From a virus, in the IMG/VR virus record IMGVR_UViG_3300025000_000005, positions 26,779 through 90,778 of that record: a DNA stretch of 64,000 nt. One strand, given 5' to 3'. Positions 46,239-56,988 of the stretch are shown piece by piece (position 1 is the stretch's first letter; each line of letters starts with the position of its first letter). The position numbers were made by a program, and so were the translations under genes. The notes under the pieces are model-generated. The model made no database searches and was not told the DNA's origin. It worked only from the letters and a program-made list of their open reading frames with translations.

Positions 46239-46391
46239 CTATGGAACTATTGGATACCGAGGTGGCGGGGGGAGTTGCATCGAAAAGCTCTTAGGCTCTT
46301 TAAGCGCCGAATAAGAAACATATGCAGCACACGCGCTCACAACCATCGAGACGACACTTATCAATAACGCGATTCTATTAAGTATTTTCAT
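46239..46391 (-). CDS. 50-aa single-TM protein (holin/spanin candidate)
   Basis: Hand translation MKILNRIALLISVVSMVVSACAAYVSYSALKEPKSFSMQLPPPPRYPIVP; immediately after the endolysin. Confidence 0.5.
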   Translation of the reverse strand: MKILNRIALLISVVSMVVSACAAYVSYSALKEPKSFSMQLPPPPRYPIVP

Positions 46392-46400
46392 ATTCCCCCT

Positions 46401-46922
46401 TTACATTTTTATCCCACAATCCTTCAGCGCCCGGCGCACCCAGCCGAGAAGGTTGACCTTCTGCGACGGGTTTTTGGCGCATATTTTAGTGTACCGGTCG
46501 ATTCTGACCAATGCCAGTTTCCAAAAGAATGCTTCTTCCTTCCAAGTGCTCGCCATCGAATTCAATGCTAAAACAGACTGTGAACCAATAGCCCCATCGA
46601 CCGGAGATATCCCGGCCGCTGCTTGCGCCATCCGGCACCCAGCGCCAAGGCCATTATTCGCGCAAATATCAAGCAGGATATCCGCAACAGCCTGAGAGAA
46701 AAGATCATCCCCCGAAAACCGGTCCCAGAAGTCGCGCCGGTAAAGGAACCTCGCCCGATGCTCATTTAAACCCTTGATATCCTCATCCGGATATTGCCGC
46801 TTGCTGATCCCGTATTTTGTTTCCCCGCCGCGGTCCGACTTCCGGTTGTTATACCCTCCGTTCAGAGTCGCCCCGACCTCATCCTCCATGAGCGCTTTGA
46901 ACGCTTTTTCGAAATCAGCCAT
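46401..46922 (-). CDS. Endolysin, glycoside hydrolase family 108 + PG-binding domain
   Basis: FEKAF..E..GGY....DRGGETKYGIS..YRRDFW..VDGAIG..GWVRR. Confidence 0.9.
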   Translation of the reverse strand: MADFEKAFKALMEDEVGATLNGGYNNRKSDRGGETKYGISKRQYPDEDIKGLNEHRARFLYRRDFWDRFSGDDLFSQAVADILLDICANNGLGAGCRMAQAAAGISPVDGAIGSQSVLALNSMASTWKEEAFFWKLALVRIDRYTKICAKNPSQKVNLLGWVRRALKDCGIKM

Positions 46923-47158
46923 TATTTACCACCATCCACGACGATAGACGCCATAACCTCATCGGTCTCACAAATAGTACCGCTTTCAATACGGGCCTTT
47001 TTCAGTTCACTCAAAAGAGTTTGCGCCTTTGGGTTAAGCAATGCGAACCCAACGTTATGGTTTGTTCCGCCGATACGCCAATTAATCCTGGCGTATTGGA
47101 GCCCGAAGCATTCCATCAAAAGAAAGGCTAAAAACTTTTTCATGGTCGTAATAGGCAT
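46922..47158 (-). CDS. Hypothetical protein
   Basis: 78 aa, RBS AAGGAG, coupled to the endolysin start. Confidence 0.5.
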   Translation of the reverse strand: MPITTMKKFLAFLLMECFGLQYARINWRIGGTNHNVGFALLNPKAQTLLSELKKARIESGTICETDEVMASIVVDGGK

Positions 47159-47169
47159 ATCTTTCTCCT

Positions 47170-48414
47170 TTATCCCGCTACCGCAAATCGCAACGGCAAC
47201 TCCAATTGAGCCGTCGCGGCCTTGATCCTCGGGATTGCAAAATCATCAAGATACGTTTTGCTCAATTCGGAGGCAACGAACTGCCGGCCGAGATAATTGG
47301 CCACTATCGCGGTCACACCGGATCCAAGAAATGGTTCCAAGACCACGCCTCCTTCCGGGCACCCGGCAAGGATACACGGTTCAATCAGTTTTGGCGGGAA
47401 TGTCGCAAAATGTGCGCCCGAAAAGGGCTTTGTCGCAACGGTCCAAACCGATCGCTTATTCCTGTACCCCGTTTTCGAATATCCGGCGTGCCGCTTGTCC
47501 CACTTTTTGGATTCAATCAGCGCTGTCCGGTTCGGTAGGGAAACGCATTTCGAAAGATCTTTCGCTATGGTTTGGTTCCCGGGCCCGCCGTCTGCGAACT
47601 TGTGAACCGCACTTCGCCCCCTGCCCCGCCGAGGCAATGTGTCAGAGCCGGCAGGCTCAAGAATGGCCCTATAGTCGTAATAGTAGCGTTTCGATTTCGT
47701 GAGGAGGAAAAGGTATTCGTGCGATTTTGTAGGCCGATCCTTAACGCTTTCTGGCATCGGGTTCGCTTTTTCCCAAATAATATCTGACCGCAAATACCAA
47801 CCGTCGTCTTGCAGGGAGAAAGCGACTCGCCACGGGATACCGCACATGTCTTTGGGTTTTAGGCCAATATCGCATGCCTTCATTCCACGGTTATTGCCGA
47901 CATTGATATGCTTTGAGTCGGGAACCTGATAGCCCCTGTTTGCCGCAAAACTATCTCCTAAATTAAGCCAAAGATTACCGTCATCCCGCAACACCCGGCG
48001 CACATCCCTAAAGATCTCGGTGATGTGCTCGACAAATAGCTGTATCGTGGGCTCAAGGCCAAGTGAACCTCTCCATGCTCCGCACTCCTGGCAGAAAGAT
48101 CCGCTATCCCCTGCCCCTGCCCCTGCCCCTGCCCCTGCCTGATCAAGTGCGGGGTGAAGGTTCCCCCCAGTACCGGACACGCCGCGATTCCCACGCCGCC
48201 CATGGGGTAACACGCCACCCCACTCATGGTCGCAATCCGGATCTCCGCCCCAAACACATGGCGGCGTCTTGTAGTCTCGCAACCCCCAATAAGGCGGCGA
48301 GGTGACACAACAATGCACGGACTTATCCGGGAGCGATCGCAACACATCAAGAGCGTGACCATGGTAAACGGCGCCAACCCCGTCCCGTTGCCATTCGAGG
48401 GACACGCCGGTCAT
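47170..48414 (-). CDS. Orphan beta-class N4C/N6A DNA methyltransferase
   Basis: TSPPYWGLRDY, WLNLGDS, IIWEKANPMPESVKDRPTKSHEY, HFATFP, EPFLGSG; start ATG 48414. Confidence 0.92.
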   Translation of the reverse strand: MTGVSLEWQRDGVGAVYHGHALDVLRSLPDKSVHCCVTSPPYWGLRDYKTPPCVWGGDPDCDHEWGGVLPHGRRGNRGVSGTGGNLHPALDQAGAGAGAGAGDSGSFCQECGAWRGSLGLEPTIQLFVEHITEIFRDVRRVLRDDGNLWLNLGDSFAANRGYQVPDSKHINVGNNRGMKACDIGLKPKDMCGIPWRVAFSLQDDGWYLRSDIIWEKANPMPESVKDRPTKSHEYLFLLTKSKRYYYDYRAILEPAGSDTLPRRGRGRSAVHKFADGGPGNQTIAKDLSKCVSLPNRTALIESKKWDKRHAGYSKTGYRNKRSVWTVATKPFSGAHFATFPPKLIEPCILAGCPEGGVVLEPFLGSGVTAIVANYLGRQFVASELSKTYLDDFAIPRIKAATAQLELPLRFAVAG

Positions 48415-48749
48415 AACCTCACCCCCTGCAAAAAAGACAGCGACCAACCAAGCACATTCGCATCCCCATATTGCCCGCCACACTCCAACAGCGTGCCATT
48501 CTGCTCGTCATACAGCGTAACCTTGCCGACAGAACCGGCGCCACCCATTGGCCATGCGGGCCATACGCCATATTCCGCGATCATTTTTTCAAGGCATTTA
48601 TCATACTCGGCAATGGTCATAAACCCAGACCCGAGATATCCGGTAGGCGCCCCATCGATGTCGTATTGATGCAGGCATTCGGGGCAAAACTGCACACTCT
48701 CCCCCCGGCAAAGAAGCGTTAAACATCCACAGCACACGACTCTTTTCAT
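48411..48749 (-). CDS. Hypothetical Cys-rich protein
   Basis: CCGC..CPEC; ATGA overlaps on both sides. Confidence 0.55.
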   Translation of the reverse strand: MKRVVCCGCLTLLCRGESVQFCPECLHQYDIDGAPTGYLGSGFMTIAEYDKCLEKMIAEYGVWPAWPMGGAGSVGKVTLYDEQNGTLLECGGQYGDANVLGWSLSFLQGVRL

Positions 48750-49072
48750 ATCCCCACCTTCGCTTCGTAATCGGTCCAGTATTTAATCCGTTGCCGCACC
48801 CAGGTTACGGGCGGGAACCAAAATGTGTCGCCGGCAGGAAGCTGGTCCCTGAGATTATCGAGGCCGGTAACGACCATGACGACCCACTTAAGCTCTTCCG
48901 TACCGTATATGCGGTAGGCCGCAAGCTCGGGCCTGAGCATTTCGTCAGGCTCAATTTCGTATTCGGTCCATCCGGACGTCTGCGCTTCGGCGCCCTTGCG
49001 GATATCCCGGTAAAGCTCTCCACGAAACAGGACATCAGTGACATTGTACGGGCTTAATCTTGGCAGGGTCAT
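48746..49072 (-). CDS. 26: gp26 baseplate protein (LysM-like)
   Basis: PDEMLRPELAAYRIYGTEELKWVV..GL..FPPVTWVRQRI matches recalled gp26. Confidence 0.9.
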   Translation of the reverse strand: MTLPRLSPYNVTDVLFRGELYRDIRKGAEAQTSGWTEYEIEPDEMLRPELAAYRIYGTEELKWVVMVVTGLDNLRDQLPAGDTFWFPPVTWVRQRIKYWTDYEAKVGI

Positions 49073-49599
49073 TCCGCCACCTCGACGGACATCAGGTAAT
49101 TGACGAGTCGTTTTGCCGGGATGGAAATATCCTCAAGCCCCCCGTTGTTTTCGAGGATCAGGTCATAATCAAACCGGGTTACGCTTCTATCGGCAGGATT
49201 GTCGGGGATATGGATTCCATCTCGTTTAAAAAGAACGGTCCGGCACCTATCCCCGTAATGGTTTTTGAATTTTCTTAGCTCGGCGGGTTCTCGAACATCC
49301 ACGAAAATGATGTGTTGTTGATATGCCAACAATAAGTGGTCTATACGCTCATTGGTTTCGTTAAACGGGCCATTGTTGAACTTAATCCAGGCTGACTTGA
49401 ATTCATTCCATAGAGCCCGCTTCTCATCGGTCTTTGGTTCTTTCGGGATTCCAATGGATTCACAAATGGATTTCACAGTATCGACGGTGGAAATGTGGCT
49501 GACAAGCACATCGTCCGGGCGGACAATCTGTTGAACAGTTTCGGAAAGCGTATTTTTACCGGTCCCCCCGACACCGTTCAGAAAAACGATTCTTATCAT
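49069..49599 (-). CDS. P-loop kinase, dNMP-kinase-like
   Basis: LNGVGGTGKNT Walker A; FVDVREPAE; DYDLILENNG. Confidence 0.7.
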   Translation of the reverse strand: MIRIVFLNGVGGTGKNTLSETVQQIVRPDDVLVSHISTVDTVKSICESIGIPKEPKTDEKRALWNEFKSAWIKFNNGPFNETNERIDHLLLAYQQHIIFVDVREPAELRKFKNHYGDRCRTVLFKRDGIHIPDNPADRSVTRFDYDLILENNGGLEDISIPAKRLVNYLMSVEVAE

Positions 49600-49687
49600 G
49601 GGCGTTAACTCTCCTTGGCTTTAAATAAAATATTATTTTAATATTTATTTCTTTAAATCTTTATTTGGTTTTAAAAAGAAATGCAAC

Positions 49688-50329
49688 CTATTTTGATAAG
49701 CGGTCCGCTTTTTCACGCACGGTCCGGCGAAGAGCGTTCACGAACGCATCCACCGGATTTTCTATGGTCTTAACCGGCAACCAAAGATTCAGCATCTCCT
49801 CTATATACCGGTCTGATACCGGCTCAATCATCGCGCCGACTACGCATAGCAGCACGGCACGATGCCCCGTGCTGATCGCGTCCCAGTTGATGGAGTAGGT
49901 GACGCGCCCTTTCTCATCCATGCCCTTCTCAACCTTCTGCCCCTCGCCGCCGAGCCTCAAAAGGAACTGCTGGTATTCCTGAGCTATGACGATCTGCCCC
50001 ATTTCAAGGAGACCGAAGTACCAATCCAGGGCGACATAGAAGTTTGACCGGCCGGTTTCACCCGTCATGTCCATCGCCTCCAGGTTGAACGCACTGGCAT
50101 GGATGGAGATATATTCCGTTCTTTCTTCAACGATGCAGGCGTAGCCATCGGCTTTCTTCTGCTTGATCTCATCGATAAGGGCTGTTTTCCAAGAACCGAA
50201 CGCGCCCTTGATTGGCAGGATATGCGTGATGACGAGAGCCTCACCGTCGAACACCGCATAGGCTTTGTATTTTTGCAGCCCCATTAACGACACTGACATG
50301 ATTTTTAGTGGAAACGATGGTTTCGTCAT
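49688..50329 (-). CDS. mat: Mat (maturation control) homologue
   Basis: YSINWDAISTGHRAVLLCV..SDRYIEEM resembles the recalled P1 Mat C-terminus. Confidence 0.65.
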   Translation of the reverse strand: MTKPSFPLKIMSVSLMGLQKYKAYAVFDGEALVITHILPIKGAFGSWKTALIDEIKQKKADGYACIVEERTEYISIHASAFNLEAMDMTGETGRSNFYVALDWYFGLLEMGQIVIAQEYQQFLLRLGGEGQKVEKGMDEKGRVTYSINWDAISTGHRAVLLCVVGAMIEPVSDRYIEEMLNLWLPVKTIENPVDAFVNALRRTVREKADRLSK

Positions 50330-51822
50330 TCTTCAGAGTCCCCCTCCAATATTTTTTTCGCCCAACTGAGCATTTCATCCTGTTTCGAATCCACACTATC
50401 CTCGACCGGGATGTAATCGACCAAATAGAAGAAGGCGTGCGTGTCAATTAAATCCGGGCTTTTTATCCCGTCCCCCCGCATCTTGTCCTTCGGCCACATC
50501 GCGTAGCGCCCGCGGTCATCCATATCGAATGGAAGCTTTGCCCCCTGGTCAAGGACCTTTGCCCCAGGCGCTATTCTGATTCGCTCATCAAAAACAGCTT
50601 CCCGGAGTTTCACCTGAGCGAATGCCCGCTGGTTCTTATATCGCTTCTGGTCCGATTTCATATGACACGGAAGCCCCCAATGGATATGCTCGACATTTAC
50701 CCCGAGTTCTTCCAGTTCAAGAATTACCGTTCTGCCCGCGCCATCCGCGTCAATCGCTATGGTTATTGACGATGGCATGTCTTGAATCCGCTGGTATATT
50801 TTCCGTGCGAACTGCTTCTCGTTCAGGTCAAGGGTCTCATCGCATTCGACAACCTCGACCTTCCGCGTGTCGCCATGCCCGGACACCCGCCCGAGAGTGA
50901 AGACGCTTGAATCCCGGAACATCCCTTCAGCCACATCCACTGTCATCACCCACCCCCAGGGCTCATCATGGGTGATTATGACCCTCTGGCAGATTTCCAG
51001 CCACCGGCGAGGTATCAAGTATCCGGATAGGTTATCCGGCAGGCACCCAAGGACCTTGATCTGGTATTCCGGGGAGTGGTGCCCGCCGTATTCGATCATT
51101 TTTTCACGGATAAAATCTTTCGTTACGATCGGGGAAAGTTCGGCGTTGAGATTGAATGTCGTGTAAATGTCCCGCAACCGCCCAAAAGCATCCGCGAAGT
51201 GCCCGGTTGGGCGTGTCGGTTGAGAAACCATGACAAACCGGTTCCCGCCACCCTGCGTTAAGGCGCCCCTCAATACGCCAAGAACGGCATCCGGTACGCC
51301 TGATGCCTCATCAACGATGACGATATAATTTTCGTTGTGCTGGCCCGCGACATTTTCAGGGGACCCTTTACTTGCCGTTTTGGGCAGAACATACCAGGAG
51401 TCCTTCTTGATCCGCATGTAATAGCGCTTGGTCTCCTTGATAAACCAGCCGCACATCCACGGGTAGGCCGCGTCCATATCGTCCGTCACCTCATCCAGAT
51501 ATTTCCAGATGCCTGACCGGGCTTGCTCAATATTCGTTGCGGTAAGAAGTGCGTTCGATGCGATGTAAACACGAAGGTGCCAGTCTATGAGCCAAGATAA
51601 AATCCACGATTTCCCGGTTCCATGGCCTGACGCTACAGCCACACGGCTTCCCCTTTTCTCTATTGCCGTTGCGACGTCCAATTGTTGCCATGTCAGCTTC
51701 CGCCGCGAATGATCCACAATGTAGCCGACAAGGTTATCCTGATACCTGGCGCAAAACTCCAAATATCTACTATCATCCAGCAGGTTTTTCTTTCCCGCCC
51801 GCTTTCTATTCAGAATCGGCAT
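50326..51822 (-). CDS. pacB: Terminase large subunit
   Basis: VASGHGTGKS, IVDEASGV, VDVAEG, IDADGAG, SPDLID. Confidence 0.93.
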   Translation of the reverse strand: MPILNRKRAGKKNLLDDSRYLEFCARYQDNLVGYIVDHSRRKLTWQQLDVATAIEKRGSRVAVASGHGTGKSWILSWLIDWHLRVYIASNALLTATNIEQARSGIWKYLDEVTDDMDAAYPWMCGWFIKETKRYYMRIKKDSWYVLPKTASKGSPENVAGQHNENYIVIVDEASGVPDAVLGVLRGALTQGGGNRFVMVSQPTRPTGHFADAFGRLRDIYTTFNLNAELSPIVTKDFIREKMIEYGGHHSPEYQIKVLGCLPDNLSGYLIPRRWLEICQRVIITHDEPWGWVMTVDVAEGMFRDSSVFTLGRVSGHGDTRKVEVVECDETLDLNEKQFARKIYQRIQDMPSSITIAIDADGAGRTVILELEELGVNVEHIHWGLPCHMKSDQKRYKNQRAFAQVKLREAVFDERIRIAPGAKVLDQGAKLPFDMDDRGRYAMWPKDKMRGDGIKSPDLIDTHAFFYLVDYIPVEDSVDSKQDEMLSWAKKILEGDSEE

Positions 51823-52951
51823 CGTCGTCTACTTCTTTTTGCTTTTCGAATGAATCAATATCCTTCAGCTCTTCTTTCAGCTCATTGACCTCGCGGGTCC
51901 TAACCTCCACGAACTCGATTCGTTGGTTTTCGACCTCTGCAAGGAGTGCCATCCGCTTCTCCATGATCTTTTCATTCGTCACCAGCTCCCCACCATCCTC
52001 CGGCACGTCTTCTCCAATACCTTTCGCCAACATGATCTTAATCACGTCCGGAAGCTGGACGCCCAGCATCGTGAATTCTACGGCTGATTCTGCGACGTCA
52101 ATTTTTCCGGTCTTCAGCCGGTTAAAAATGTCGTTGATGACTGTCAGGTTTTCAAGGCCTTGAATGGTAGGCGCCATATCTTTAAGCGTTTCATGGAGGA
52201 TCTTGAAAAACTGTGCTGCGGTAGAACACGAATAAGGGGAGTTCAGCGGTTGCCATGCCTTAATAGCGTCTGCCGCACTTGTGGCACCATCAATAATCTT
52301 CCAGTAAATTCCCCGGATCTCGTCATAGATCTTTCGGACCTTCAAAGCGGCCTGATCGTCGGAGAGTGTTTTTTCAACAATCTCATTTGCTCGACGCCCC
52401 AGCATGGCTTTTTCGCTTTTCCATCCGCCCATTTTTTTTCTGAGTTGAGTCGCCTTTTCATTGAGGCCTTTATACCTGGCATACTCAGCGACGGTATGCC
52501 ATGGGCCGATCATGAATTCCCGCCGCATCCCCACCCAGTCGTATTTGCAGTTCCCGATGATCATTGATTCGGGATGGCATTCTTTTTCGTTCGCCTGAAC
52601 AACCGGAATGCCTTCAGCCTTTAAGCTCTCCACCACAGCCTTGGCCGATATTTTCTTTTTGGGTTTCGGTTTCGCCATTTCTGGTTTCGGTTTCGCCTGC
52701 TTTGCTTTTTGGGGTGACGGGGCTTTCGCCACAGCCTTCTTTTTCGGCCTCGCCTTCGATCTGACCGGCTTCCTCTTTTTACCCTTGCGGCCTCGGTTTT
52801 TTATTTCTCGTAATTTCAGACTGAAACCGGATGCAGATATGAGGCTACCGGTTTCAGCCGACCGCTGTTTGCAATACTCTGGCTGAGTAATTTTTGATCC
52901 AGAAGCCTTTAATTTCAGGAATTCCAGACACTCTTTCTCGTAATCCGGCAC
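51806..52951 (-). CDS. pacA: Terminase small subunit PacA-like
   Basis: Upstream of pacB; basic N-terminal region; similar length to P1 PacA; probable GTG start at 52951. Confidence 0.65.
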   Translation of the reverse strand: MPDYEKECLEFLKLKASGSKITQPEYCKQRSAETGSLISASGFSLKLREIKNRGRKGKKRKPVRSKARPKKKAVAKAPSPQKAKQAKPKPEMAKPKPKKKISAKAVVESLKAEGIPVVQANEKECHPESMIIGNCKYDWVGMRREFMIGPWHTVAEYARYKGLNEKATQLRKKMGGWKSEKAMLGRRANEIVEKTLSDDQAALKVRKIYDEIRGIYWKIIDGATSAADAIKAWQPLNSPYSCSTAAQFFKILHETLKDMAPTIQGLENLTVINDIFNRLKTGKIDVAESAVEFTMLGVQLPDVIKIMLAKGIGEDVPEDGGELVTNEKIMEKRMALLAEVENQRIEFVEVRTREVNELKEELKDIDSFEKQKEVDDDADSE

Positions 52952-52952
52952 C

Positions 52953-53429
52953 TCACACCTCGATTGTGTCAAAAAATTTTGCAGCATCAAAGCCTATAGT
53001 CTCGTCATATTCCTGATCGGGATCAAGATATTTTACGAACTCATTGGCAAGACCCCATAAGGATTCAAACGCTTGATATTTCTTGGAACCCGGCTTTATA
53101 TTCGACATGACGTCCATCAGAATCCCTATGATAAACGATACCGCATCCATGTCGCTGAACTTATCTCCGAGCCCCTTCTCCTTGAGGATTTCTATGACTG
53201 CGGCCGATTTCCTCATTATCTTTCGATTCGTTCCGGCATTGTCGGTTCCGCCCGTGTCAAGAATTAGAATCGAATAAGCATTGGAGCATGCCACTTTCGT
53301 GAGGGAATAGAGCGCTACGAACTCATCGCTACCGCTATTTCCCTTGTAGTTTTGCTCCCAAAACATCTCGATGAACCCATCGAAAAGAGAAACCGCCAAG
53401 GCCTGGCGCCTTAAAGCCTTACTTGCCAT
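52953..53429 (-). CDS. Hypothetical protein
   Basis: 158-aa ORF in operon. Confidence 0.6.
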   Translation of the reverse strand: MASKALRRQALAVSLFDGFIEMFWEQNYKGNSGSDEFVALYSLTKVACSNAYSILILDTGGTDNAGTNRKIMRKSAAVIEILKEKGLGDKFSDMDAVSFIIGILMDVMSNIKPGSKKYQAFESLWGLANEFVKYLDPDQEYDETIGFDAAKFFDTIEV

Positions 53430-54060
53430 TGAACACCACCCCGTATTTTTCTGTTATTTCGGCCGCCCGTGCGCCGATGTAGTCCTGGTTTAGTTTTTTT
53501 GTCTTACCCATCAGGTAGGCCTCAATAACGACAATGGCGACAATGGCCGTTTTGCAAATGCAAACGAAATGACCATGCCGCTTCATCGCGGCCAAATACC
53601 GGCGTTGCTCATCAAAAGCCTCTCCGGTATCGGTTTTCAGCTCAACAAACAGGCCGTTAAACCCGCCGACAGGTACGGGCAGTCTGATATCCGGCCTGCC
53701 CTTCTTGAGGCACCCAGCCTTTCGCATCTTCATCCGGAGACCAATCGGGATGTAGGTTCCGGCCAGATCCCCGTCAAGCCATTCGAGATCCGGGTAGGTT
53801 TCGATCTCACGGCTTGCCCATGTGAAGACGTCACATTGGTGATGGTACTCGTCTATCGGGTAGCAATCCGCCGGAACCGGATATTCACGATTCAGCCATG
53901 ACCAAACCGCGTCAAGCTCGGTTTCGCCCATACCCTTTCGGCTTTTTTTAAAAACCCGTTTTATCTCGGCATTTATCCGTCCCGGTCGCATCTTGTTGGA
54001 GAACTCAACCCGCTTGATGTACTCGGCAATTTTCTGCTTCAGCGTTTTCTCTCGCATCAT
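53419..54060 (-). CDS. VRR-NUC nuclease
   Basis: GCLKKGRPDIRL..GLFVELKT..EQRRY. Confidence 0.85.
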   Translation of the reverse strand: MMREKTLKQKIAEYIKRVEFSNKMRPGRINAEIKRVFKKSRKGMGETELDAVWSWLNREYPVPADCYPIDEYHHQCDVFTWASREIETYPDLEWLDGDLAGTYIPIGLRMKMRKAGCLKKGRPDIRLPVPVGGFNGLFVELKTDTGEAFDEQRRYLAAMKRHGHFVCICKTAIVAIVVIEAYLMGKTKKLNQDYIGARAAEITEKYGVVFNGK

Positions 54061-55784
54061 CTCCCCCCATATGTCGGGACATATATTGGCCCATGCCATT
54101 CATTGTCTTTTTCCGCACGCGCTCTTCTGGCGAGCTTCTTTTCGACGGCAGCCGTATTTGCAAGCGAGTAAACGTGCTGGATATGAGCCCACGCCTTTTC
54201 AAGCTCCGGGAGCGTCATGTCGGCTCTCGGCTTTGCGAACTCGCGCATGATCCGGGAATTGATCGAGTGCGGTTTCATCCCGTTGACGAACGAGAAGCGG
54301 CGAACATGCTTGTCGATCTTTTCCCGAAGATCTTTTTCAAGTTCCGACTGAGTTTTTATGTATGTCACCGGAATCGACGGGAGCGGCGTCACCTTCGAGT
54401 CAATCCTGAGTTCCCTCGCGCCCTGGATCTCACTGCCAATCGGGGTGATGCCAAATCTGTTCTGAGGCCCACCAAACAGGCCCATTTGCCCGTTTCCCGG
54501 CTTTTTCTTTTTTTCGAAAGGGTCGTCATCCCCACCGGTACTTTTGATAAATGGTTTTTGCTCCGACTGTATCTGTTTCACAACCTGCCGGAATAAAACG
54601 TCATCCGGCGCGAAAACAAACGCTTTTTGCGACTCATATGGACCGGCCAAACGGTCAACGCGGACCGCCCTTGCGACCATTTGTTCGATCCATGGGGCAC
54701 TTCGAATGTGTGTCAGAGCTGCTATATGAGTGACTTCCGGGACGTCCAAACCTTCGTAAGCCATCGCTATTGTTACTAAAACATCAATTTGACCCCGTTT
54801 ATACCGCAAGATTGCGGCTTGTGCCGCTTCGGTCTCATGGCTTGTTGCTATTTCAACATTGAGTCCTAAAGCGTTTAAATCTTTCGTGTATTTCTTCGCG
54901 CTTTCGATACCGGCCGCAACCACCAAAAGTTTAGACCGGGGATTTCGTGTCCGCCAGTCCAGCCAATGGGACACACAGTTCTTCAGCAGATCGTCAGCGA
55001 ATTCGGTTGACAGAGCGGTAAAAACGGCCGCACCGGCATTTTTCTTGTTTGCACCGGCAAGACTGCTGACGAACTGTTCATTTCCCAAATCATCACGCCA
55101 CGTTGCGGACGCATCTGAAAGATGGAAATGAATCGGCAAAATTGCACGTTCGGATAGCGCGTCGGCCCGGGTATAAATTATGCGCTGAATGCCCGGTGCA
55201 TGGTAGTCGAGCCGGTATCCCGCGCGGGTTTCCTGGTAGGGTACGAACGCAATTTGCTTTTTATTTCCCCGTGCCATCGTGCCGGACATCAGCATTTGGT
55301 ATTTGGCGCGTTCCATCAGCGGGGAAAGCGCTTTATGCCACTCCCCGTCCAACTCGACATGGTGCGGCTCATCGAGAATAATCGCATACCGGTTCCGCTC
55401 AAATTCCCGGATCATGTTGTGCCCGCCGGCCGCTACTGCCTGGTAGGTCGTGACAAACCCTTTCGTCCCCCTGCACGGATCTTGTTCGTTTGAGGCGCTT
55501 CGGATCGAAAGCCGGTGCCGAAACATTTCCCGGAAAAAGGGATCTTCAAAAGACCGTTCCCCCTGGCTTCTGAGCGCATCCCGCGGGACTACCCAGCACA
55601 CCCGATCAACTTTTTGCCGGATGATCAGCTCAGACGCCACAATTATGGGGAGAGTGCTTTTCCCTCCCCCCGGGGTGACTTCGGCAATGATTTTTTTGTC
55701 ATCGATCTCGCCGGTCGCCATATTGTGGGAAATTCTCTCACAATCGACTTGGTGTTTTCGCTTAGAAGGGGATGTCATCGTCAT
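54057..55784 (-). CDS. SF2 (DEAD/DEAH, Res-like) helicase
   Basis: [30 protein letters not shown]; exact start uncertain. Confidence 0.85.
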   Translation of the reverse strand: MTMTSPSKRKHQVDCERISHNMATGEIDDKKIIAEVTPGGGKSTLPIIVASELIIRQKVDRVCWVVPRDALRSQGERSFEDPFFREMFRHRLSIRSASNEQDPCRGTKGFVTTYQAVAAGGHNMIREFERNRYAIILDEPHHVELDGEWHKALSPLMERAKYQMLMSGTMARGNKKQIAFVPYQETRAGYRLDYHAPGIQRIIYTRADALSERAILPIHFHLSDASATWRDDLGNEQFVSSLAGANKKNAGAAVFTALSTEFADDLLKNCVSHWLDWRTRNPRSKLLVVAAGIESAKKYTKDLNALGLNVEIATSHETEAAQAAILRYKRGQIDVLVTIAMAYEGLDVPEVTHIAALTHIRSAPWIEQMVARAVRVDRLAGPYESQKAFVFAPDDVLFRQVVKQIQSEQKPFIKSTGGDDDPFEKKKKPGNGQMGLFGGPQNRFGITPIGSEIQGARELRIDSKVTPLPSIPVTYIKTQSELEKDLREKIDKHVRRFSFVNGMKPHSINSRIMREFAKPRADMTLPELEKAWAHIQHVYSLANTAAVEKKLARRARAEKDNEWHGPIYVPTYGGR

Positions 55785-56205
55785 AGCCCCCGTAATTTCC
55801 GTTTCCGCTACCCTGCTGTTGTTGCTGCTGCTGTGGAGGTCCTGACGATTGCCCTCCGCCGCCATTGTTGTCTGACTTACTGGAAAGCATCTGCATCTGA
55901 TCGGCGATTATTTCTGTGACATAATGGGTCGAGCCGTCCTTCTCCCAGGACCGGGTTCTGAGCTTCCCCTCGATGTAAATCTTTGTCCCCTTCACGAGAT
56001 ATTTCCCGCATATTTCAGCGAGTTTTTTGAATGTTGAGATCCGGTGCCATTCAGTCCGTTCCTGCTTTTCCCCCGTAGTTTTGTCCTTCCACGTCTCGGA
56101 TGTAGCGATGCTGAAATTACAAACCGCATCGCCGTTGTCGAAATATTTCATTTCGGGATCTTTCCCGATGTTTCCGATGAGAATTACACGGTTCACGCCT
56201 GCCAT
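55762..56205 (-). CDS. ssb: Single-stranded DNA-binding protein
   Basis: [35 protein letters not shown]. Confidence 0.97.
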   Translation of the reverse strand: MAGVNRVILIGNIGKDPEMKYFDNGDAVCNFSIATSETWKDKTTGEKQERTEWHRISTFKKLAEICGKYLVKGTKIYIEGKLRTRSWEKDGSTHYVTEIIADQMQMLSSKSDNNGGGGQSSGPPQQQQQQQGSGNGNYGGYDDDIPF

Positions 56206-56415
56206 TTTCTATCTCCTTTTCGATTTTTTTAAAGTTTGCACCCGCTACACTCTCCGCTTTTGGCCTCTGCGATAAGCGAGGCGTTAAATTTTGAACGATC
56301 TGCCTTGTGCAGCTACGTTGGCAAGGGCGGTGGGTGAGATCGTTCGATATTCAGCCTTAGACGCATTTTTCAAGTTTTAAACCTTTCTTTTTATCTTTTT
56401 AACATTAAAACTTTA

Positions 56416-56988
56416 TTAATTCAAATCTTTATTTGAGTTTACGGCAAAATTTCCGGTCGTTATTCGGCATTCAATGGCCTGCGGAAGCGGTCTCGTAGCC
56501 ATATCGGCAAGTGCTTTTAAGCCAGCATGATCCAGCATCGCATTGCCGGTGACACGGGTGAAGGACCTGTATGCGTCGCAAAATTCTTTGACCCACCACT
56601 TCAGCTCGGATTCGATGACCCTGCTGGCCCATGCACGGTATGGCCATCGGTTGGTCATGAGGTCTTTTGTGATGGGATCTTGCATGTCAGGGGTTCTGGT
56701 TGCCCCGTTGTACCGCAAGTGGGTGAGGATGTTGTTGGCCTCGACAAGGGCACGGTCTTCAAGAGAGGCCATTGCCGTTCCTCGGATAGATTCGACTAAA
56801 TCGGCCGGTTGTGGCCAGAACCTTGATGTCGCTATTGCCGTTTCGATTGCGGATTGAACCGCATGCATCGGGTATGGTTCCAGCACTTTGAAATATGCCG
56901 CGATAGCGTAGGATGACAAGGTTTTGTCTTTTGTCTCTGCCATCACAGACAATGCCTGTGAAAAATGTTTGTAATCAGCCTTCGTCAT
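56416..56988 (-). CDS. Putative helicase loader / replication protein
   Basis: Follows the initiator; YF..L..Y....V..A......RFWPQPADL pattern. Confidence 0.6.
   Translation of the reverse strand: MTKADYKHFSQALSVMAETKDKTLSSYAIAAYFKVLEPYPMHAVQSAIETAIATSRFWPQPADLVESIRGTAMASLEDRALVEANNILTHLRYNGATRTPDMQDPITKDLMTNRWPYRAWASRVIESELKWWVKEFCDAYRSFTRVTGNAMLDHAGLKALADMATRPLPQAIECRITTGNFAVNSNKDLN

Noticed and set aside
48108-48137. (CCCCTG)x5 in the MTase as a phase-variation switch
   Set aside because: A hexamer unit keeps the frame and only changes a GA linker length.
51806-52951. P1-type pac site (TGATCA hexamer cluster) in pacA
   Set aside because: Only one TGATCA seen (~52558); no cluster.
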